This document shows positions 59,645 through 64,000 of a stretch of 64,000 bases of DNA, piece after piece. Source of the DNA: Methanobacterium sp. (lineage in GTDB: Archaea > Methanobacteriota > Methanobacteria > Methanobacteriales > Methanobacteriaceae). The notes beneath the pieces were generated by a model. It had not been told where the DNA came from. It saw nothing but the letters and a program-made list of their open reading frames with translations, and ran no database searches. The translations under genes were made by a program, and so were the position numbers. Positions within the stretch are counted from its first letter, which is position 1. Each line of letters starts with the position of its first letter. Location of the stretch: the NCBI GenBank assembly GCA_018263005.1, contig JADFDH010000006.1:6384-70383 (forward strand), in the 5' to 3' direction.

Positions 59645-60394
59645 TTAAAAAAATATTTGATAAGGATTTCTGATGCACATATTCTTAATATCCTTCCAGG
59701 AGACCCCGTAATCCATAAGAGTATTGATGAATAGTTTAAAACCATCCGTAGGGCGCATGTTATGCTTCTGCCCCAGATCTGTGGCTAGAATAGTTCTACG
59801 TGATCCTATTTCTTTTATGGCCTGGGCTATGGTCTCTGGACTTATATGATCATGTCTGGGAAGGCAGGCCACATAACAGTGCTCCAGAAAGGCTTTCCTG
59901 GACATTTCCTGTTGCTCATCCAGACTAGCCCCCACTACACTGGTGAGAGGATGGTTGACTATGATATTTTCTAACTGATAGCTTTTCGCCAGATCCAACA
60001 CCGGGAATATATCACCGACACTCAGATGACCTGTGGCTAAGACCAGATCATTTTCAGCTATCACGGTGAATATGCTCTCCAGGGACTCCCTATCCTTCTT
60101 AAAATTAAATTCCATTCTATCCTTGGTGGGGAGCCATATTATCTTCCCCCCTAATGCTGCGGCGGTTTTAACCGCATCCACATTCAGACCACCCACACTA
60201 CGGTTGAGACATACACCCCCAAAGACTTTCATCCCCGTGGCTACTTGTGCTATGGCCGATCTTCCAGATGTGGGTTCTCCATGACTTTTCAGTACAATAG
60301 CCCTCATCTTCTCATTTAAAGCTGCTTCAGCTGCTTCAAGGTCCGACAGAAGTCTGGGCTGATCATCGGGTGCGGTGTGCAGATGAATGTCCAT
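59645..60394 (-). CDS. amidohydrolase-superfamily (TIM-barrel metal-dependent hydrolase)-like protein
   Basis: N-terminal MDIHLH (HxH), an internal ATGH and a C-terminal ILATDLGQ Asp motif. The start is set at ATG 60394, 7 nt after the fumarase-beta stop. Confidence 0.5.
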   Translation of the reverse strand: MDIHLHTAPDDQPRLLSDLEAAEAALNEKMRAIVLKSHGEPTSGRSAIAQVATGMKVFGGVCLNRSVGGLNVDAVKTAAALGGKIIWLPTKDRMEFNFKKDRESLESIFTVIAENDLVLATGHLSVGDIFPVLDLAKSYQLENIIVNHPLTSVVGASLDEQQEMSRKAFLEHCYVACLPRHDHISPETIAQAIKEIGSRRTILATDLGQKHNMRPTDGFKLFINTLMDYGVSWKDIKNMCIRNPYQIFF

Positions 60395-60401
60395 GAATCC
60401 C

Positions 60402-60947
60402 TTAAGGGGATACTTTTTTTCTAACCTGTTCATAGAGATTTCCGCCATGGGAGTCCATGGTTACAAACAGAGGTCCGAAATCCTTTACTTCCAGTTCCCA
60501 GATAGCTTCAGGAACGCCCAGATCTATCCAGTACACATTCTTCACCTTCACCACTGATTTAACATATAACGCAGCGCAACCTCCCACTGCACTGAGGAAT
60601 ACAGCTCCGTTTCTTTTAAGAGCTGCTTGTGTCTGCCTATCCATCCCCCCTTTGCCTATAACCGCCTTCACTCCCCGGCCTATAATCTGGGGCTGGTAAA
60701 GGTTCATCCGGGTGCTGGTGGTGGGACCTACAGCCACCATCTTAAAACCATCCTCACCCTCTTCTATGATGGGTCCGGCATGAAATATTACAGCACCCTC
60801 CAGGTCCACGGGATGTCCTTCTTCCACCATTCTCTTATGGGCACTGTCCCTGGCGGTGTAAATGGTACCCGTTATATGAACAGTGTCTCCAATACTTAAT
60901 TTAGCTGTGTCTTCCTCTAAAAGAGGTGTTTTTAGTTTTACATCCAT
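60402..60947 (-). CDS. class I (Fe-S) fumarate hydratase / hydro-lyase beta subunit
   Basis: [14 protein letters not shown]..., GPTTSTRMN and VIGKGGM are motifs of the FumA C-terminal / TtdB family. Confidence 0.8.
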   Translation of the reverse strand: MDVKLKTPLLEEDTAKLSIGDTVHITGTIYTARDSAHKRMVEEGHPVDLEGAVIFHAGPIIEEGEDGFKMVAVGPTTSTRMNLYQPQIIGRGVKAVIGKGGMDRQTQAALKRNGAVFLSAVGGCAALYVKSVVKVKNVYWIDLGVPEAIWELEVKDFGPLFVTMDSHGGNLYEQVRKKVSP

Positions 60948-61167
60948 GCCTTTACTTCCTTTTTAGATATTATATAAATCTATAAAAATATAAAGACTCT
61001 TATATACTATAAAGACTATATGATGGTAGATATCTAACTTAAGTTTAAGTTTGTTAAAAAAAAATTCATGACTTAATTAGATGGATATAAAATCTCTTAT
61101 TATGATAACTGTTATTTTATTATGAAAACCTGCTTTATTATATTATTATTAGAATTTGGGGAATAAT

Positions 61168-62988
61168 ATGTCTGCTATGGATACTATAATGGGTCTTACC
61201 AAGTACATGGTTACTCTTCCAGTAACCCATATCTCGGTCTTCATCATCATAATCATCAGCTTCATCACCGGCATAATAGCCGGTTTCATCGAACCAGGAA
61301 CCAACCAGTCCCTATTAAGCACCATACTATACGGTGGATCCATTGGGTTTTTAATATTCGGTGCCATGTCCATCATGGCCGGGGCCTTAACCACCACCCT
61401 GGTCAACATGCTTGAGGGGAAATTTATTAAGATGAAGCAGTCCATGTTTCTAGCCCTTTTATCCATGGTCATAGTAGCCATCATCTACCTCATCGGTAGT
61501 TTAGTCTCCCATCTCACCTTCTACAGTTTCACCATCGACGCCCTTATATATGGCTGTGCCATTATCTTCGCCTTCAGAACCATGATCCTCTGGGGTACAA
61601 AAAATGTCCGCCTTATAGCCTCGGTAATCATAGCCATAATTCAGCCGGCGCTGATACTTAGCATGGTCATGGTCATAGTATTTCTAACCAGCATCACCAC
61701 CAATTTAGGAGAGTTCAGTGTAATAGCAGTTCTACTGAAGATAGTTATCGCTTCTCTAATATTAGTCATAGCCATATTCTCATTTGTAGTGGTAATTGAA
61801 TCACCCATGAGAAAAAATCTCGGCGTAGGTGGTTTGGAACTTTTAAGCCTGTTCATATCCCATATAAGTGAGGGTTCGCAGGCTATGGAGGGAGCCTTCG
61901 AAGACATGGGAGAATCCATAAAAACCATAGTAGGCGTATTATCTTTCAAGGGAAAAAAGGGTATTAAAGCAATATTTCTATCCCCCAGCGTACATCCCGG
62001 CCCCGTAGGAGAGATAGGCGGGGGTAACATGCCCACGTTACTAGGTAAAAGGTTCAACACTTTCACCATGGTCTCCCACGGCCCGTCAACCCATGATTTT
62101 AATCCGGTAGCATCTAAGGAAATAGATAAAATAGAAACCGCAGTCAAAAACGCCCTGGAAGATATGAAATACTCTGACTCTGCAGGGTTCTTCCAGAGAA
62201 CCGAGAATGAGAATGCTAAAATAGGATATCAGTACTTCGGTGATGACCTGGTATTACTGGTGACCTTCTCCCCAGTGGGCTTTGATGATATAGATTTCGG
62301 CGTGGGCCTGGCTGCGATGAACGCGGCGAAGGTCAGAGGAGCACAGAACGTTTTAATGGTGGATTGTCATAACAGTTTCGTGGCAGATAGCAGGATACTA
62401 CCCGGTCATAAGGAGGTTTTCCAATTATTAGGTGCTGTGGATAAAATAGAAAAACCCACCAGCCAGGAGAAAATACGGGTCGGCAGCCACTTCGACCCCA
62501 TGGACGACTTTACCAAGGAACAGGGAATAGGACAAAGCGGAGTTAAAGTGATGGTGGTAGAAGTAGGGGGAAAACAGAAAACCACCTATATACTATTAGA
62601 CTCCAACAACATGGTCATCGGCTTTAGAGAAAAGATACTCGACGCAGTGAAAGGACTGGGAGTGGACCATGCCGAGGTGATGACCACGGACACCCACTAC
62701 GTTAACACCCTCTCCGGAGGCCACAACCCCGTAGGGAATAAAATGCAAGAAGAAATCATAGAAACCATCCTAGAAGCAACCAAAACCGCCATGGAAGACC
62801 TGGAAACCGTCCAGGTCGGGCTTAACATTGCAGAGATAGATGATATAAAAACATTAGGCCCCACCCACGCCACAGAACTGGTGACCACCATAAGCTCCAT
62901 AATCGCCGTAAGCAAAATATTCGCACCCCTAGTATTCATACTAGCCCTCCTATTCGCATTCATATGGATCTTCTATGGAGTGGGATAA
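61168..62988 (+). CDS. DUF2070-family integral membrane protein
   Basis: The N-terminal ~230 aa form a polytopic membrane region, followed by a soluble domain and a C-terminal TM helix. The family assignment is from memory of archaeal DUF2070 architecture. Confidence 0.55.
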   Translation: MSAMDTIMGLTKYMVTLPVTHISVFIIIIISFITGIIAGFIEPGTNQSLLSTILYGGSIGFLIFGAMSIMAGALTTTLVNMLEGKFIKMKQSMFLALLSMVIVAIIYLIGSLVSHLTFYSFTIDALIYGCAIIFAFRTMILWGTKNVRLIASVIIAIIQPALILSMVMVIVFLTSITTNLGEFSVIAVLLKIVIASLILVIAIFSFVVVIESPMRKNLGVGGLELLSLFISHISEGSQAMEGAFEDMGESIKTIVGVLSFKGKKGIKAIFLSPSVHPGPVGEIGGGNMPTLLGKRFNTFTMVSHGPSTHDFNPVASKEIDKIETAVKNALEDMKYSDSAGFFQRTENENAKIGYQYFGDDLVLLVTFSPVGFDDIDFGVGLAAMNAAKVRGAQNVLMVDCHNSFVADSRILPGHKEVFQLLGAVDKIEKPTSQEKIRVGSHFDPMDDFTKEQGIGQSGVKVMVVEVGGKQKTTYILLDSNNMVIGFREKILDAVKGLGVDHAEVMTTDTHYVNTLSGGHNPVGNKMQEEIIETILEATKTAMEDLETVQVGLNIAEIDDIKTLGPTHATELVTTISSIIAVSKIFAPLVFILALLFAFIWIFYGVG

Positions 62989-63126
62989 TTCATTAATCCA
63001 TTAACTATATTTAAATCTTAAAAGCTAAAAATTAACCTTTAATAAATAATTTGAACAAAAAAGAAAACTGAAAAAATAATCATAATTAAAATAATCAAAA
63101 AAATAAAAATAAAAAAATATTTACAG

Positions 63127-63405
63127 TTAATAATTTAAAAACAAGGTCCAAGTGACAATCCAAATGAAAACGAAAGGCACTATTCCACTCCACAGCCAAC
63201 CTTTAAAGCCACCGACCTTTTCCTTACCAAACAGTCTTTCAGACATCTTACCGGATAAGTAGAGAATCACCACACCCAGTAAAACGGCTAATACTTCGTT
63301 TTTACCAATGCCCGCGATGACTCCGGTGGCTATGATGAATGATAAGTAACCAGAAATTATGGCTGTTACCGCGTGTAATGCTGTTAATTTAAACTCAATT
63401 TCCAT
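63127..63405 (-). CDS. small membrane protein (3 predicted TM helices)
   Basis: ATG 63405 lies 8 nt after GGAGG. Hydrophobic segments include LTALHAVTAIISGYLSFIIATGVIAGI. Confidence 0.5.
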   Translation of the reverse strand: MEIEFKLTALHAVTAIISGYLSFIIATGVIAGIGKNEVLAVLLGVVILYLSGKMSERLFGKEKVGGFKGWLWSGIVPFVFIWIVTWTLFLNY

Positions 63406-63468
63406 ACTTTTTTCCTCCAATTTAATTAATTTATGATTAACCATATATAATATTCTGAGGGTACACCC

Positions 63469-64000
63469 ATGAAAGCCATGTCCAACGTAGATATTTACGC
63501 AGTCTCCAGTGAGTTACAGAAATTATTAAAGGACGCCCGCTTTCAGAAAGCATACCAACCCAGCAAAGACACCGTTTTAATAAGATTCCATGTTCCCGGC
63601 TTCGGCCGGAGAGATGTAATATTCCAGGCAGGGGCAAGAGTGCATATAACCAATTATCCACCACCCAATCCTAAAGTTCCCCCTAATTTTCCCATGCTCC
63701 TAAGAAAATACCTCAACGGAGGCACAGTAACCCAGGTACGGCAGCATCATTTTGACCGCATCATGGAAATCGAGATTCAGAAGGAGCATAAATATACGCT
63801 GATCATAGAACTTTTCTCCAAGGGCAATATAATACTTTTGGATGAGGAAGGTCAGATCATACTACCCCTCAAACGCAAGCTATGGCAGGACCGCAGAATA
63901 TCCTCCAAGGAAACCTATAAATACCCGCCAGAAAGAGGATTAAACCCCATCCACGCCGAAAAGGAAGAGATCAAAGATTTATTTTTAGATTCTGGTACTG
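63469..64000 (+). CDS. NFACT-family protein (Rqc2/FbpA-like ribosome quality-control factor), 5' part, runs off the window
   Basis: Hand translation gives [41 protein letters not shown]...[20 protein letters not shown]. This is the typical NFACT-N start. The frame stays open to the end of the window. Confidence 0.7.
   Translation, partial: MKAMSNVDIYAVSSELQKLLKDARFQKAYQPSKDTVLIRFHVPGFGRRDVIFQAGARVHITNYPPPNPKVPPNFPMLLRKYLNGGTVTQVRQHHFDRIMEIEIQKEHKYTLIIELFSKGNIILLDEEGQIILPLKRKLWQDRRISSKETYKYPPERGLNPIHAEKEEIKDLFLDSGT

Noticed and set aside
63437-63664. The 75-aa minus-strand ORF.
   Set aside because: It overlaps the start of the well-supported plus-strand NFACT-family gene, and its sequence is Trp/Leu/Arg-rich shadow translation.

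Overview
This 64-kb window looks like chromosome from a Methanobacteriaceae-type methanogenic archaeon. Evidence: archaeal r-protein and RNA polymerase subunit gene order, pseudomurein-binding-repeat surface proteins, an archaeal mevalonate/IPK pathway and pycA-birA.

Layout:
- 1-11 kb is an accessory surface-protein region. It holds three tandem TTG-initiated adhesin-like genes (beta-helix + Ig-like + pseudomurein-binding repeats) and a decayed fourth copy.
- 11-22.5 kb (minus strand) holds a bacterial-type LonA behind an ArsR regulator, gltX, and a translationally coupled ipk-idi2-RNase J-idsA block with mvk and a Memo-like gene.
- 22.7-48.6 kb (minus strand) is an almost uninterrupted archaeal S10/spc/alpha-like super-operon running from L3 to S2. 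It includes secY, adk, cmk, cbf5, rpoD/N/K, eno, tRNA-Ser(GGA) and a 169-nt tRNA-Pro(GGG) gene.
- 48.9-64 kb holds housekeeping and accessory genes: a METTL5-like methyltransferase, pycA, birA, DUF3800, a PIG-L deacetylase, rtcA, a SelA-like PLP enzyme, an NYN protein, an orphan response regulator, fumarase beta, DUF2070 and a partial NFACT/Rqc2 gene.

No CRISPR array, transposase, integrase or rRNA was seen.

Most interesting observations:
1. Each adhesin-like gene is preceded by a paralog-conserved module of about 110 bp bracketed by inverted repeats. It could be a structured attenuator leader or an invertible promoter.
2. The tRNA-Pro gene folds into two nested bulge-helix-bulge splice motifs, implying two introns (76 nt at 32/33, 18 nt at 37/38) removed in obligate order.
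3. The adhesin paralogs show mosaic gene conversion.
4. NYN, a SelA-like PLP enzyme and RtcA form a co-directional trio.
5. An ArsR regulator with a palindromic operator sits upstream of LonA.
6. Several spacers inside otherwise compact operons are expanded and carry local tandem repeats.

All calls rest on reading the translations and sequence by eye. No database search was run.
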